From positions 124,001 through 188,000 of the forward strand of contig MNCI01002198.1 of NCBI GenBank assembly GCA_015680685.1: DNA of 64,000 bases, read 5' to 3'. Shown piece after piece: positions 25,330 to 40,000 of the stretch. The notes below the pieces were generated by a model that saw only the letters and a list, made by a program, of their open reading frames with translations, had not been told where the DNA came from and did not search any database. This DNA comes from Gnetum montanum (taxonomy: Eukaryota > Plantae > Gnetophyta). A program made the translations under genes and the position numbers. Numbering within the stretch: position 1 is the first letter of the stretch; every line of letters starts with the position of its first letter.

Positions 25330-27900
25330 GAAGAGCTATTCCAAATGTTTCAAGATGATACTTTTTCTTTCTTAGCACACTTGAAGTAATGCAATTTGAA
25401 TATCTCTAGGCTTCGACAATCGATTGATGTCACATGATTAGAGCTAGAAGTGAAAGAGTTAGACCTATTTAGCTTTGAGGAAGACCATGATTTAATAGAA
25501 AAATTAGGCTTTTAGTCTATAGAATCAATGGAAGAATGATGAGGGGTATATGAGAAAATAGGGCTCCATAAGCTTGGTTTTAGGCCCCCAGATAACCGTT
25601 TTAGAGATGTTTTGAATTTCCTAATAATGGAAATAATTTATGAAAAAGACAAGTTGCAATTTAAGGGGAGCATAGAGTACTATATCAACATCAATGTTAA
25701 GAAGGCATACAAGCTCTATGGGATAATAGAAATTATTGAAATAGATGTTCATTAGTACAATGAGAAGGTGCTAAGCCGCATGTTTTGGAATCATTCTAAA
25801 TCTGGGAAGACCATGAAGCTATCATCAACTAATTTAACAAAGGCCTTGGTATACAAGAATGGCATTCTATAGGCTTCAAAGCTTAGTTTTTCTCACATGA
25901 TTTTTATTTTAGCTTTATATTTTTGTTCTAGCTATGAGATTAATACAGTTGCCGATGGTTGTGTTTAGGCTTGGGTTGCTATAGAGAATAAAAGACATTT
26001 CTTTTCTAATGAATATTTGAATGGTGCATTATAGTAGAGCTTGTTCGAAATTCATGAGAAAGTGATTCAATTGAGTCTTAGTTCATTTTTATTAGATTGT
26101 TTGTTATGTAAAGTTCACAAACTCGAGATAACAACCCTAATTTTTATTGACTATGCATCATAGAAAAAAGCTCATCTAGAGGACCCCTATTATGACTTCT
26201 TTATAGTTATCTACTAGAGAAGCTAGTTTGTTGCATAGGCTCTAGAGTTTTTGATGACTTGTATTTATTCCCATTTAATCAAGTTAATTTTAGGATTTTT
26301 TCCATCAATAGTTGATTGGCAGGTTATTAATGGAATAAAGGTTATGTCATGGAGTTGTCTTTCTACATGCTTGCTACATCAAAATCCTCATGGTAGGTTT
26401 TGAAGGGAAGGCCTTCAAGTTAACAAGGTTTGTGGCTTCTTACTTAGTAGGCTTAGAAGTTAGGCGTCAGATGTAGGAAGGCCCTCTACAACATGATTAC
26501 AAGCATAAGGAGGTTTTCCCTCTAAAATTTGACTTTTGGAAAATTATTTATTTAGGGCATTTGAGAGTAATGGATAGAAGGTACTGAGAATAATATAGCG
26601 CTCCTATAGCTTTGAAAAGAATATACATCACTGCCAAGACTAGAAAGGTTCATTAGTTAGATGATATTGATGTAGTGTATCTTAGAGTGACTGATAGGAA
26701 GGTAAATTAAGCTAAAGATGAAGCTCCAACATAGCTGAAGAAGAACCTATCAATGAATTTTTTAGCTGTAGCTTATGATGCACCAATTATTGGAGTATGT
26801 AGATGGATGAGCGAAGAGATCATCCTTTAGCTAGAGATTTCTTAGAAGAGCGTTTAGCTCAAATGGAGAAAAATTATTTTTCTTAAAGCTTGTTAGAACT
26901 AGATAATACAATGCTTGATGAAAGGTTTTCTCTTGATGGAGTTGAATATGCAAGATGCAGAGTCATGAGGAAAGCTAGAGTTGAGTAAGCTAGGGCCAAG
27001 AAATAGCTATAGCAACAACAGCTACAAGAGCAACAAAGATTAAAAGAGCTACAATGGCATTAGCTACTAGAATAGTAGAAATTGACAAAGCTATAACTAC
27101 AGTAGTAACAAAAGAAGGAAGGAGAAAGCTCATCATCTACCCTTACTATCCTTAATTTCCATTTAGGGGACTTAAGGAAAGAAGCATAATGATCTTTCAA
27201 GATCAAAGAAAAGGAAGAGAGAATTATATTGACCCAGAAGCTTTCCATTAAGCCTAAAATAGAAGCTAGTATCATGTTCTAATACAAAGAAGATGACCCA
27301 AGAATAGTGAAGCATAAGCTTATGATGTCACATGAAGACATATCAGAAACCATAGCGACTTTGATCAAGAATATGAGGTAGATAGCTGGTAGTCAGATAG
27401 CCAACGTTAAAGAGTTTCTATTATAGAATGAACAACTTAAGGGAAGAAAATGAATAGCTAAAAGAAATGATAACCATCAAGGAATCATTGCTAGAAAATA
27501 AAAAATAAGAAGTAGTGTAGATAAAGAAAAGATTAGTTATCACTATATCAGAATGTGAATAGGCCAAAAAGAAAAAAGCCCTAGATTATTCTTACCTAGC
27601 TCTATCATATTTTTAAGACATAATTACTAAAGTTAATTACAACAAATAATGGTTATGAGAGATTGAAGAAGAAATTGTTGAAATTAAAGGAAAATAAGCT
27701 ATTTTTGTAGAAATGGAGAGAAGAGCCTAGGAGCTATATACCCTACCCAAAGCGAAAACAGAAGTTCTACTATCATGCAAACAAGGATTTTTCGATGGAT
27801 GATGATTAAAGTTATAGGAATTACACATGACACTAATGAAAAGAAGCTTAATTTGGAATAGGATTATTCTAGTGTAAGAGCTATGCTAATGAAAATAACT
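25330..27900 (+). pseudogene. Decayed accessory ORF (plant transposon protein-like domain plus coiled coil) inside the 5.8 kb insertion
   Basis: The frame at 25549-25752 reads YEKIGLHKLGFRPPDNRFRDVLNFLIMEIIYEKDKLQFKG.., followed by Q/E/K-rich segments such as QQQLQEQQRLKELQ at about 27013. Confidence 0.5.
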
Positions 27901-30900
27901 AGTTCAATAACAAAATTAGATTTAGGTAGGTTAGGGCTAAGGATGTTTTTAAAGGGCATAATAGTGTAGAACCAAATACAATGAATCAAGCCATTAAAGT
28001 TCTTCTCAATTATGGGAAACTAACATAATATTATTAGTAGAAGAATTTTAGATTTAGAAGATGAGAAGAACTTATTTAGAGGCTAAATAGTTGTAACTAC
28101 TAGAGGTTGCTATATAAAGCCTAGAGTAGGTTTATTTAAGAATGATCTTGGGGAACAGGAAAGTTGGGAGGAATTAACTCTTGTATTGTGACATTTTAAA
28201 GTTCAAAATTAATTAAGCTCATTTACTTCTATTCACTGAGTTATTTATATTTTTCTCTATTTTATCATCATTGCTTAGCTAGTAATTGAGATCATAGTAT
28301 GCCTTATAGTTCATTTCTTGAAATTGATAAATTGCTTGTTTTTGGTATTGTTAACTAATTTGAACAACTTTATTTTCCAAAGTATTCACTCATGTTAATA
28401 AAATCTCATCTCAATGTTGAAGATTTTATGTAATTTTACTATCATACTTTTCAAAATCCATTGAATCTTGCTTTTTTTTCTATTACTTATCATAGAATTT
28501 GTCTCTAGGAAAGATTGTCAACAAATTTGTTGAATTGTACTTAAGCATTAGATAAATGATACTTAGGATAGGTAGTTAATGATCAAGATTATGTAGACTA
28601 AGTAGCTTTGATATATCTGGAAAATTTTTGCTTATAGAATAGAGTAAAAATGGGCTAAATCTTTTCACTAAAGTATAATTAGCTGATAAAACTCTAAAAA
28701 CATAATATTGTAAAATTTAAAGCTAATGGTAGCTCAAAACGCATAGTTCTCTGTAACTATTGAGTTATTTGGAGGTATCTAGGCCTTGATCTTTCCAGAG
28801 ATCAACAAACATGTAAAATCGAGTTTTGAAAGAAGTCTCATCCTTGTGATTGTCATTACAAGGAAGAGATAAATGTTGGTGCTAAGAGGAGCTTTTCCCT
28901 GTATTGGCTTCTTGTTGTTAGGAAAGGAATAAGAAAACATAGATAGTCCAAAATTATCTCCAATAGTAAGTAAGACAAAAATGGATCTATGCTTCACTAT
29001 AAGAGAAAACCCATCATTAAAGTCAACTCTTTGAGCTTGATTGTAGTCTTTAGCCACTAGCCATGCCTTGTACCTAAGATATTCAGCTCTTGGGATCCCT
29101 TATTTTCTTTTAAGGAGAAATTTACAACCAACTATTTTATGTCCTTTGGAGAGTTTCACCAACTTTCAAGTATCATTCTTATGAAGAGACTTAACTTCTT
29201 CCTGCATAGAAATCAATCACTTAGTGAAATCATTTCAAGAAAGAACCTCTAAATGTGTGGAAGATTCACCATTACAATTTATCTCTTGTATTATTGCTAA
29301 AGCATATGCCATTAATTTTGAATTAGTAGATCCTTGTGAACATCTAATTTCTCTCCTTTCTTTATGGTTGACAATGCAATATGGCTCATCTTGCGCCTTG
29401 TCTTCTTTTTCTTGTACATCTTCAATTAAACTTAGTGACTGAAGTGGCTAGGTTGAGAAGAAATATTTTGTGAAGTTGATGCTCTATCAACCTCTAACTC
29501 TACTTTCTTAAATAAACTCTTCTCACTTATATCAAAAGAAATAAAGAACTCTCTCCTTAGGGTAAAGTAAGGAATATTCATAAAAATAACATTGTTACTA
29601 GCCAGTCTTAGATAACTTAGAATTATGACACCACAATCTATATCCTTGAATACTTGATTAATAACCAAGGAAGATGCATTTCTTATATCCTAATTTATCA
29701 TTATTAACATGTGCAAATGTAGGATCTTTATTTATTTGTAGATTAAAAGAATTGATATGTTTACTAGATCATACCTCCTTTGGAATCTTAAGATTGACAA
29801 ATGCATTAGGAGAGTGATTCATCAAATAACTAGTTTTTGAGAGTGCCTCTACCCAAATATCCTTAGATAGGCAAAAATTAGAGAGCATGTAATGAGCTCT
29901 CTCCAAAAGGATTCTATTCATGTGCTTAGCCACATCATTCTGTTGTGAAGTTCTAGTGACTGGGTGATGCCTAACAAAGCATTTATTCTTGTATAATTCA
30001 TTAAAATAACCTCCATAAAATTTCTTCATTGTTCTTGCTTTCTTTTCCTTTTACTCTATTTTCTATTATCTTTTCCTCAATATTTGTTGAAGAATTGTCT
30101 TAAACTAGGAAGTGCAGGAAGGGTGTAACTCACAGTTGCTTGAAGTGTCATTGTGAGCCTAATTATGAGATGCGATCACCTTAGAGTTCACTTTGTTGAA
30201 GTTTGGCACCTGTGATGGAGTGTGGCTCACAGTTTGCAATAAATTGGAATTCATGTTTTCAAGTTTTAGATAGTGCAGATGCTTGTGACCTGTAGTACAC
30301 TATATTGTAATGTTAATTTCTTAGATTTTAGAATAGTGCAACAAGATGTGACATAGAGTTTTTCATAACTTCAAAATTATTAAAAGTTTTCACTGGCATG
30401 TTGCAATGGGTTATGACTCATAGTTAATTGCAACGTGATTAAAAACACAAAAAAAAAAGTAGTTTCACAAAACAAAAAAATCATTTTGTATCGCAGAGCA
30501 CCACAAGATACATCAAAAAGTTGAAGTGAGCTTTCATTGGGTGCATAGCTACTAGATCTAATCTCTAAGCCTTCTTCCCTTTGCAAAATGCCTAATGTAG
30601 GTCTCAAATCTCTTGTTTTGATGAATTTTTCTTCTTAGACTTTATGTTGAGAGAAAAATTACAGCATCATTATTTTTTGTGGAGAATACTAAACATTTAA
30701 GCTATAAACTTTGGATTTTTGATGTCTTCCTTTACATTCTAATGTTTTTTATTTACTATTTCAAGCATTTTTTGTGTTTTTGAGTTCTATATAAAACTAA
30801 GATTTTGTGTTTCTTTAAACTTTTAGAAGCTCGTAGTTCTTACTTAATACATAGTTAGAAGCTAAGATAAACAATAGTAGGGTATGTGCATGAGCAATGA

Positions 30901-31632
30901 GAATTGAAATTTTATTACTAGTGGATATTATGTTTTATTGTAGCTATGTTGGTTTGTAAAAAGTTCAATATCAACTTGCATTTTCTCCAAGCTAGAGATG
31001 GAAAAATAATAAATTCAATTCGAGGTTTACTTAATAGTATGATATTCAATGTTCTAGTCTTTGTGCACTACATTTATGCTATAGTAGTAAATCCATTATC
31101 CATTGCTAAATAAATTCCTTATTACATAATTCAAAATTTTCCTTCTACTGTGAATAGTTATTGTCCATCTTTGCACTAGGCATGTACGTTGAGAACAATG
31201 TAGACCTTGTTGGAGATGCTAACATTATTGAGATTTGGGAACTACTGGTATAGATTTGTACAGTCGTTTTGTACTTTTTGTAATTCATTTACATTATGTT
31301 ATTTGTAATTTTGATATTATGCCTGTTATTGTATTCTATTTCATGTTCTCTTTTATGCATCATATTATTATTGTATGTGTATTGATGTTCCTTGTAGTAA
31401 GGAACTTCTTGCATGTCCTAGCACAAGAGAGGATGTACTAATGGTCAATCTTCAACAACTACAGATTCAATAGCATAGAGATGTGCTTAGGAGAAGGAGC
31501 AAGAACAATCTCATAAGGAGCACATGGAGTATTTGGAGTGTGAGTGTTAGGAGGTGAAGTTTCCTATAGTGCCATTGAGGGCACCTAGGAACTTTAAGCC
31601 CCTTATGGAACTAGTGAATTCACTAGTTTTAT

Positions 31633-33727
31633 TGAAACACCATAAAATTTCAGGACCTTGATGCCTTAGCAGAGTCTTGAAATTTAGGCAAAGAGTTCCA
31701 CAAGTGTAGCATCATGATGGACTGTTCAAACAATGTAGGCATTGAGGGTAGACTGCATAGTCCGGCAAGTTTTCTATTGCCCAGGTTGACAGGCCTGCTG
31801 GACTCTCCAGCCTACCCAACTAGACAATTGACCCGGTTGACAGCCTACCCAGGGACCATGTTAGGAGTTGTCAAAAGTGTTTAGGATGAGCTAAATAGTT
31901 TAGCAAGTTTTCTAACATAGAAATCTACTACGTTGCGCAGCGTAGCAAGCCTTGAGGAGAATAATTAGATGTCAAAGATGAAAATTTATATAAAGCCAGT
32001 CTTCCAAAGCATTTGCCCTATTTCATCCCTAAAGCGTGAGCAATATGGTGTAACAGAATATGGTGAATTTTGTGAAGAATTATCTCCATTTGTGTGCTAT
32101 GCTAGGCAGCGTAGCACAACGTAGCAGGGATATACTTCAACAACACTCCTACTCGGGTAGCTTAGATAGAGTAAAAGCACTTGCCCCTACTTCAACCGTC
32201 AAACAAGCTTGCTTTGCTAACACACCAAGACATGGCAAATCTCCCATGAAAAAATGTTTGCAAAAATTAGTCAGGGTTCGGCCAACATTGGATGCTACGC
32301 CATGCTACGCTATGCAACGTAGCACAATGTAGCAAGGATAGAACGCACAAAGGCCCCTTTGCCAAGTGACTCCAGTAAGAGAATAGCACTTGGCAATGCT
32401 TTGGCCTCCAAAACTGCCTGTTCCACTTAGCCCTCATGCCTCAAGAAAAGTTTCTTGATAAAACATTGCAAATTAAACAAGGATGCATGTCACATTGGCT
32501 AGTACGCTGTTCTACATTGCATAGCGTAGCAAGGATGCAAAACAACAAAATGCCCCAAGGATGAACTTAGCAAGTCTGAAGGTTTTCTAGCATGGAAGAT
32601 AAAGTATCAATTGTTTGCCTAACCAAGCCTTAGATAGATGCCCTCAGCTTCTAGGTAAGACTCCTTTCAAGATCGGCAGCTATGCTATGCTACGCTACAT
32701 ATCGTAGCATGCAATTACGCTACGCCAACACGATGGACAACATAAGTAATGTAACACTTACATGGAGGCATCAAGACGTTTTCAGTTAGCTCTAAAACTT
32801 ATTGGAAATGATCATTCTCACCCTGGCATCTCTTTGGTGGACAAAATCAGCAAGTTTGCTTCATTTTGCATACCCCTAGTCAATCCCCAAAATTGTCCCT
32901 AGGCTTGACCTTGCTCAGCAAAAGTAGGGAAGACATAGTCTTGGAGCATAGACTTCATTTTGCTTTCATTGTTGGTATGCTTTTTGGATTTTGGCACATG
33001 CATTTTCAGTAATATCGTCACAATGTAACAGGGTTCACATCTAGCATCACACACCTACATAGCATAGCCATGCTTGCACCTTGCGGGACCCAGGACACAT
33101 GGCATCCAAACGACGTTTTTCTCCTGCTCTTAGCCCTATGAATACCCTGGCGAACAATGTTCAAAGGGTTGGCTTTTGGAGAGCATAGTTGGCATTTTTA
33201 GCATTCTGGTTAGCTTTGAGCATTCTAGTTAACTTTAGACATCCTTTTGTGGGTCTAGCATTTTGACACTTTGGCAAGTAGATTGGCAAGCAGAAGAATC
33301 TTGAGTAGCGAGCTATTGGCTATAGTTCAGGGACCTATGACCACACTGCTTTGTTGTAAGTTGTGCCATTCCAGTGTTGCATATTTAGTTGTACGCTTTG
33401 CAACAAAACAAAGATTAGATCTTCCATCTTAGGGTAGTGCATTTTCTCACCCAAGTCTCTTTTATTCTTTGTTTACTATCATTGCATTTTGCACTACTTT
33501 TATTATCTTGCATTTGTCAATCATCGCTTCACGTGCATGCATCGCTTCTAAAACAAATGTTTACGAAAAGTTAAGTTACATCGATTAAGTGCTTGTCTAA
33601 TCAACCAGATCATTAAGGGCACACCATTTTCATTTTTCTCTAGCATGACCCTCGCATGGATCCGGGGTTAAACTATATGCCCGACAACCTCTCGGTGTTC
33701 CAACCACCGATGTTTTTGGTCGCTGCA
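31633..33727 (+). repeat. Tat 5' LTR
   Basis: TGAAACACC...GCTGCA, colinear with 46740-48853 (roughly 85-90 percent identical by eye, mostly transitions). Confidence 0.9.
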
Positions 33728-33732
33728 GTTTT

Positions 33733-33746
33733 TGGTGCTAGAAGGA
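33733..33746 (+). promoter_or_regulatory. Primer binding site, Ogre/Retand type
   Basis: tggtgctagaagga follows the LTR end; compare the TGGCGCTAGAAGGA PBS of Tat elements. Confidence 0.7.
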
Positions 33747-33749
33747 CAC

Positions 33750-36506
33750 CATTCATAGGAGCAGCACCAATAGCGTCTCCCATGGGCCAGGTCGTTGCCT
33801 CTACACTGCAACCCCCATAGGCACATATGATAGCTACTCAAGTAGCCCCACAGCCATCTACAATGTCACCGAGTCTAGATCAAGCTTTTCAACTAATCCA
33901 AACCCTCACTAAGAAAATTAAACACCTCAAAGCTGCCAGTTCTGACATGGTGCAGGTCATGGATTTTTACCATGATGATCCCATCAGCCCAGTTGTCCCC
34001 ATGCACACGTTGCCCCCTGGGATGCCACTCCCCTAATTCACAAAATACAATGGGGAGGGTGATCCCAACGCACATTTAGTAACATTCAGATCTAAATCTT
34101 TATTGTTGCAACAATGGTTGCACACTATCAAATGCATCTTTGCCATGTCTTTGATGGGCAAAGCTCTAGACTGGTATTGCGCACTTCCACATGCCTCCAT
34201 CTCAACTCTGGAGGAGCTACTGAGTTAGTTCTTGATCCATTTCAAGTATAACTTGAAACCGGAGGTCATGCTAGATCAGTTGATGAGCGTCAAGCAAGAC
34301 CCACTGGAATCTGTGCAATGATTCATACAGTGGTGGAGTGCCACCTTGAATGAGCTCCACGAGCCTATCGCAGAGGCCCACTTGTTGGCCATATTCAAGG
34401 GGGCAATAAATGATTTCATCAAATCAAAGCTATACTACCTAGCCTCGTGCTCCCTTAACCAAGATTTTGCTTAGACTAACAGCATTAAGGATGCAGCCAA
34501 GGCTAGCAAAGATCCAGTCTATATTACATACAAGAATGCATAGCTCAAAAAAGACAAAGAGAAGGGCAAGGCTACAACAACCACGGTGGCCGCTATGGCT
34601 AACGAAACTAAACCCAACAATAGCAATAATAAAAAAGCGGTCGCAACAACAACATCTGGCTCAAGCAACACCGGTCATCCCTCAACACTAGCACCCGAGG
34701 TATCAACCCAACCTGAAGCCAACTTCAGGTGCAAGGATTCCTGTAAGTACATTCTACCCATTAAGCCTTCAGAACTCTTGAAGAAACTATTGGGGGTTGG
34801 ATATATTCAGCACACGTGGATGTAGGAGAAGGTGAGTCAACGTCATAAGCAGTATTGCGAACTTCTTAGGAACCCCTCCTTGGCCACACCCAATGAGCCT
34901 CAAGTTCCTATGAATTTTAGGCTGGAACGGTTCTATGATTACCATCAACTATGCAGTCATGACACGGACTACTGCCTAGTATTGAAAGACGACATTCAAT
35001 GCATGATTAATCAGGGCAAGCTTGTCCAGGATGAAAGTAGTCTTGTTTGCCCTGAAAACTAATTTATGTACATTTACAAGGATCCCCTCAATGCCAACAA
35101 TGTAGGGTACATCATCAACACGATTGGTATTGACAGTAACCCAAAATAACCACAACAACCATTCATGGTACATGTGCCTCAACGTAGCGTGGCAACACCA
35201 ATAATAGCAAAAAAGATTCCACAACAACCATTCGTCTTCAAGGTTCCCCCTCAGACATCTGCCCTTGCGCCTTTTGTGCTCAAAGCCACACCACCTCCCG
35301 CACCAACACCATAAGCACTGTTCATCATTAAGGTGCCAAAACATTCAAGTGCCACCATCACACATAGCCAACCAACTAAAATAGCCCCGTAGCCCCCGTG
35401 TTCAAAAAAATGGGAAGAGCATTTGGCGGACAAGATGGCTAAGGAACGCACCACCTTAGGTCCTTCCAAGCCTACCCCCTTTTCCTCAATGCCTACAATC
35501 CCCTCATTGTCAACGAGTGATAATGATGCACAGAAGCAATCGTCAATGTCCCGCTTGAGAAAGGAAAACCTTCAACCTAAAGCTCCCCCTCCTCGGGAGA
35601 TCTGTCTCCTAGGATGAATGGAGGAGAAGAAGGGTAACAGGCAAGATGGTGGGCAGGATTTGTTCAACGCCCTTACGCAAGTCAAGCAGGCTTTGAAACA
35701 AAAAAACACAACTTTGTGCTTGTATGAATTGGTGATGACTTCTACTGCACATCATGAGGCCATGGTTTGCATGTTAATGTCCATACCGGTCAACGAAAAC
35801 ATGCCGGCAGAGGAGAAAGTGATTCAAGCTATTATGCTTCCCTCTACAGCTGAGGAACCACGGCCATCTCAGTTAACATTTGCGATGAGTCCATTAAGGA
35901 TGACCCTGAAAAAGGTCAGGTGACAACAACATCCATGTTCATCATAATTCGGGTTGGTCAGTGTAAGATCCAAAGGGTACATGTTGATGACAGGGATGTT
36001 GCTAATGTCATCCCCTTTTCCATAGTGGAAAAATTAGGTTTGGTTGATCAAATCAAGCCCACGGTGACATCTTACCTAAAATCGTTTAACGGGGTATGTG
36101 TGTAGGTAAAAGGAACTGTATGTATCAACTTTGTAGTAGGGGACTAGTTCCCCACAAGCGTAGTATTCATAGTGGTAGAAGAAATGCCTAGGTTCAACCT
36201 GATCTTGGGGAGATCATGGTTGGCCCAATTGAGGGCTGTTTCCTCTCCAATACACCAGGAGATTCACTTGCCCTATGAGGGAGGGAAAGTGATAATTCAT
36301 GGCAATGCAGTGGCTCCCCAAGCCATAAACAATGTAGGAATGGAGCAAGGATCAGAGATTGAAATCTCTGAAGATCAAACCCCTGTTCAAACTGAAGTGC
36401 TTGAACAAGTTGAAACTAGTTCAAATGAAGTAGCAACATGAGCTGAGTTGCCCTTTCAGGAAGTAGATGATGACATAAAAGAGTATCATAACAAAGCCTC
36501 TCGGCC
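33750..36506 (+). pseudogene. gag: Tat gag and aspartic protease remnant
   Basis: Motifs FTKYNGEGDPNAHL, SLMGKALDWY, the Tat-type knuckle YDYHQLCSHDTDYCLVLKDDIQCMINQGKL, protease RVHVDDRDVANVIP and FNLILGRSWL. Confidence 0.88.
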
Positions 36507-36720
36507 GTACGCATCACCGAGCCCATGATGGGTTAGGAAGAAGCTACGAGAATGATCATTGCTTGCGTTATCATAACTGCATCACTGCTTTCACCATGAT
36601 TACTGCTTGCATCAACCATACATCCACTGGTCACATTGCTTTGCTTTGTATTCATTGTTTACGCTAGCATCTTCCTCATTATTTACATTGTCCACATTAT
36701 GTTCATTGTTTGCATTACAC

Positions 36721-36903
36721 CATGGCCTGCTAAGGCCTAAAACTGGCAGATTTTTTTTATCACCCTACGATGGCCCGAAATGGCCTAAAACTAGTGATGG
36801 CTCGAAATGACCTAAAACTAGTGATGGCCCAAAACAACCTAAAACTAGCGATAGCCCGAAATGGCCTAAAACTAGCAATGGCTCGAAATGGCCTAAAACT
36901 AAG
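36721..36903 (+). repeat. Hairpin array A: 27 bp unit GATGGCCCGAAATGGCCTAAAACTAG(C/T) x5 plus a lead copy
   Basis: Direct tandem repeat visible in the sequence. Confidence 0.9.
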
Positions 36904-37074
36904 ATGAGAAGCTCCCAAGGAGCTTAAAAGGACAAAGAATAAAAAATAAATATAACACACTGGCCAAAATGAAATAAATCTCTTCACATTATATTCTTCA
37001 TTCAATATCAACCAATTATGTTTACAAAATTTTTTGTAAATTCAAAGACAAGAATAAAATTCCTCGTCGCTATG

Positions 37075-40000
37075 CTATGAGTCTTCGCCCACACCACCAT
37101 TCCCTGCTTCACTGGGTTTGGCATTTTCATTTGAATATTGCACAACAAAGAAAATAAAACAATCAATTAAAGCTACAACAAAGGCTATTATAAAATAAAC
37201 TATGACACCACAAAAGGTAACTAACCCGAGATGGCCCCGTGTCTGTTTCGGGGGGTATCTGATCCATTTCGACCGTGAGACATTACAAGATCTCCTCCTC
37301 GATGATGTTGGCCCAATTCTTGTCTCCCAAATCAACACTTGTTGCAACCTTCTCCTTTTTTATAGTTGTCCATCTAGGTGGTCCTGGAGAGAAGGTGGCA
37401 ATGGTGGTCTCACCCACAGGTAGGGTCACCTCCCTTTCGAGAGATCCACTAACTATCACCTATTGCATGAACCTGTCATAAGCCCTGGAAGCGCTAATAA
37501 TGTCAAGGAATAACTCATGGGTATGCAACTTGACCGAAGCATCCTAATATTATTTATGGTAGGCAGCACATTCCATTTTATACATATGTTTGTGGTTCTT
37601 ATGTGCCTGCCCCCACTCGTAAACCTTCGTGCTATAATCCTTCTAGTCTTGGTTCTTCTGGGCTAGAAGGTGCATTTGCATGTGTTGTTTGATTATTTCG
37701 CATGTGGCTTCATTATTGCATCATAAAGCTGTCCAATATCTTATGTAGTTGATGACAGTTGTACGCCAACTACCATCGTGAGTGTCCTGGGCCAACAGGA
37801 ATTCATTCCTGGATTGGAGATCCCCCACCTCAGCGGTTAGGTTGACCTTCTCCTTCTCAAGTTTTGCTCTTATTTCTAGAGGTCTTCGTTCACACGCCTA
37901 CACTCCCACAGAGAGCATGCCAAGTACAACACACATTTACTTTCTTCATCATATATGTGACAAGGTACTTCGGTCACCTCCGGTGGAAATTCAGAAACGA
38001 CATCGACCTCAACTGCCTACTTCGGATCCCACTTGAGGCAGGAGGCTGCCAACTCTACATGGAAGGGCATTAGTCACAGTGACATAGTGAAATTGTAACA
38101 ATGTAGAAAGCCTAGCATAGCAACTTTAACTTACCAATCTCTTGATCGATCTACCTCAGACAATCGATCATGTCATTGACCACCCCCTCCATAAAAGTGA
38201 ATTTGTTGGGGGTCTCAGTCCATGGTCAGAGATGAATCAAAGAAGGGCCAAGAGTATCAATAGAGGTGTTTGCTACATAATAAAATGTGTTAGCACAATG
38301 GACAGAACTACAAGAAAGCTGATGAACAACATAAATGACAGTGTAAAGCTGCTACCCAGAAATCCTCAGGGGTGATAGCGTGGGGGGGGGGGGGGGGGGG
38401 TCACCCATTGGCACACTGTCAAACAAGCGGTCAAAGTCACCAGCATCAAAATGGAGCCTCTCTCTTTCTAGCTGATCCAACAGCGTAGCAGTGTCCTCAA
38501 CACTCATATGCCCCTTTGATATTGAACCACACTTGACAAAAGGGTCATGAGCAGGGGCCTCTTCTTAACTAGCAGGGGCCTCTTCCTCATCGGCAGGGGC
38601 CTCTTCGTCTGTGGTCGGGGCCTCTTCATCTTCGCTCATCACCCTCTTCCTCCCNTGTCTGTGGTCGGGGCCTCTTCATCTTCGCTCATCACCCTCTTCC
38701 TCCCCTTCTTCCTCTTCTTCCTTTACTAATAAAACATAATTACAGTAAACAAGATACATCAACTTGGAATAGATGCTACATTGTGCAATGCTATCTAGTG
38801 TAGCACAACATTAACCAAATAGTCAAACACACTTACCAATTAGGGGCTGCAGTCTACGAATTTTGAGTCACAGCTTCTTCCCCCTCTCTTCATTTGTATG
38901 GGGAGGCTCTTTAGCAGGACGAGATTTCTTATGTTGCAACTTAGTCTTCACTATTTTTGCAATAAAGCATGCTCCCCTTGACACACTGCCTGTGTTAATG
39001 GGGGGTGCCTCTCCCATGATGTACTGGGCACGAAAGGGATGTGCCGCTCGATCCCTTGTCGTTATTGAAAGCGATTCTCCAATAGCCTTTAGGGGATCTT
39101 TGGATCATGTGGTACGAAAGACCTGGCAAATCCATGGCTTTGATATCTGGCTACGATCTTGTTGTACCTAGATGTAATTTTCAGGGACTACTAGGAACTC
39201 CGCAAAGTGCCACAAGCAGGCTATGAAAAAGGTGTAGTGTACATTGACATGGGACTCAAGCTTCTCGCAAAGCTTGACCATTTTAATGCACAAGCCTTCA
39301 GAAAGGTACTGGGCTCAGTTGTAATGGGTCTCTTCTTCCATAACCTCCTTCATTATCCAAGCCTACTCCACCCAAAGGATATGCCCTTGGGAGCGTAGCT
39401 TGGGGAAGGCACGGGCACGGAAGATAGGGTAAATCCTTTTGGCTACCGCTAGCTTGACCTTGTAGATATAAATTCCCTTTTGAACCTTACTTGTACCTAG
39501 CCACTCCTCAATGTTCCCCTAATGGTTTGCATCCTTCTTAGATTTTTCTCCTACAAGGAGACCATTAGAAGGGACATCGAAAAGATTCGCAAAAAGTTGG
39601 TCATCAATTTCGAATACCACCCGCACACTGTGAACACCTGTACAGAAGTTGGTTAGGGAAAGCACTTCAGCAGCCGGGACATTTAGATTTATAGCCAAAA
39701 ATAAGTGCATGAGCCTAGCCTCCTAAAGGTTGTGGACAATGGTGGCTAGGGCTCCATTACAGAGCCAACGCTAAGTCTCATCCACCTCTCTATACTTGAA
39801 GAAGAGGTTGGTTTCGTTATGCCCAAAGGTGATCACAATGACCTCTTGGGATTCTGTTGCCACTGTAACAGTTTGGAAAAAAAGAGAGAAAAAGTTAGTA
39901 AAAAAAAATCAGAAAACCATATTGTCACTCGAACACATAACAATGAATCCATGGTTTAGCATACTAGGTTTAAATGATGTAGAAAATGATGGGAGTTCAA

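Larger units (their letters stand above)
23159..28965 (+). mobile_element. 5.8 kb TGTTG...CAATA insertion with TSD GTAAG; probable giant solo LTR
   Basis: GTAAG occurs at 23154-23158 and 28966-28970, and the copia RT is contiguous across it. I found no internal LTR pair, PBS or pol. TATATAAA at 28111. Confidence 0.7.
21922..30030 (-). pseudogene. pol: Ty1/copia (Tork/Tnt1-like) pol remnant INT-RT-RH, 5'-truncated and split at 23158/28971
   Basis: Motifs RTSQQNDVAKHMNRILLERA, FSLIVKHRSI, LEQLDVK, LKKSLYGLKQSPRKWY, YLLLYIEDML, YVDSDYASDL and RMKHIDIKHHF. Confidence 0.92.

Noticed and set aside
30030-31632. Possible additional LTR or gag start (also 50700-52500)
   Set aside because: They look repeat-derived, but no termini, PBS, TSD or protein motif could be fixed with confidence.
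38382-38400. Poly-G tracts (also 11574-11585) as G-quadruplex elements
   Set aside because: These are single homopolymers of uncertain length with no further support.
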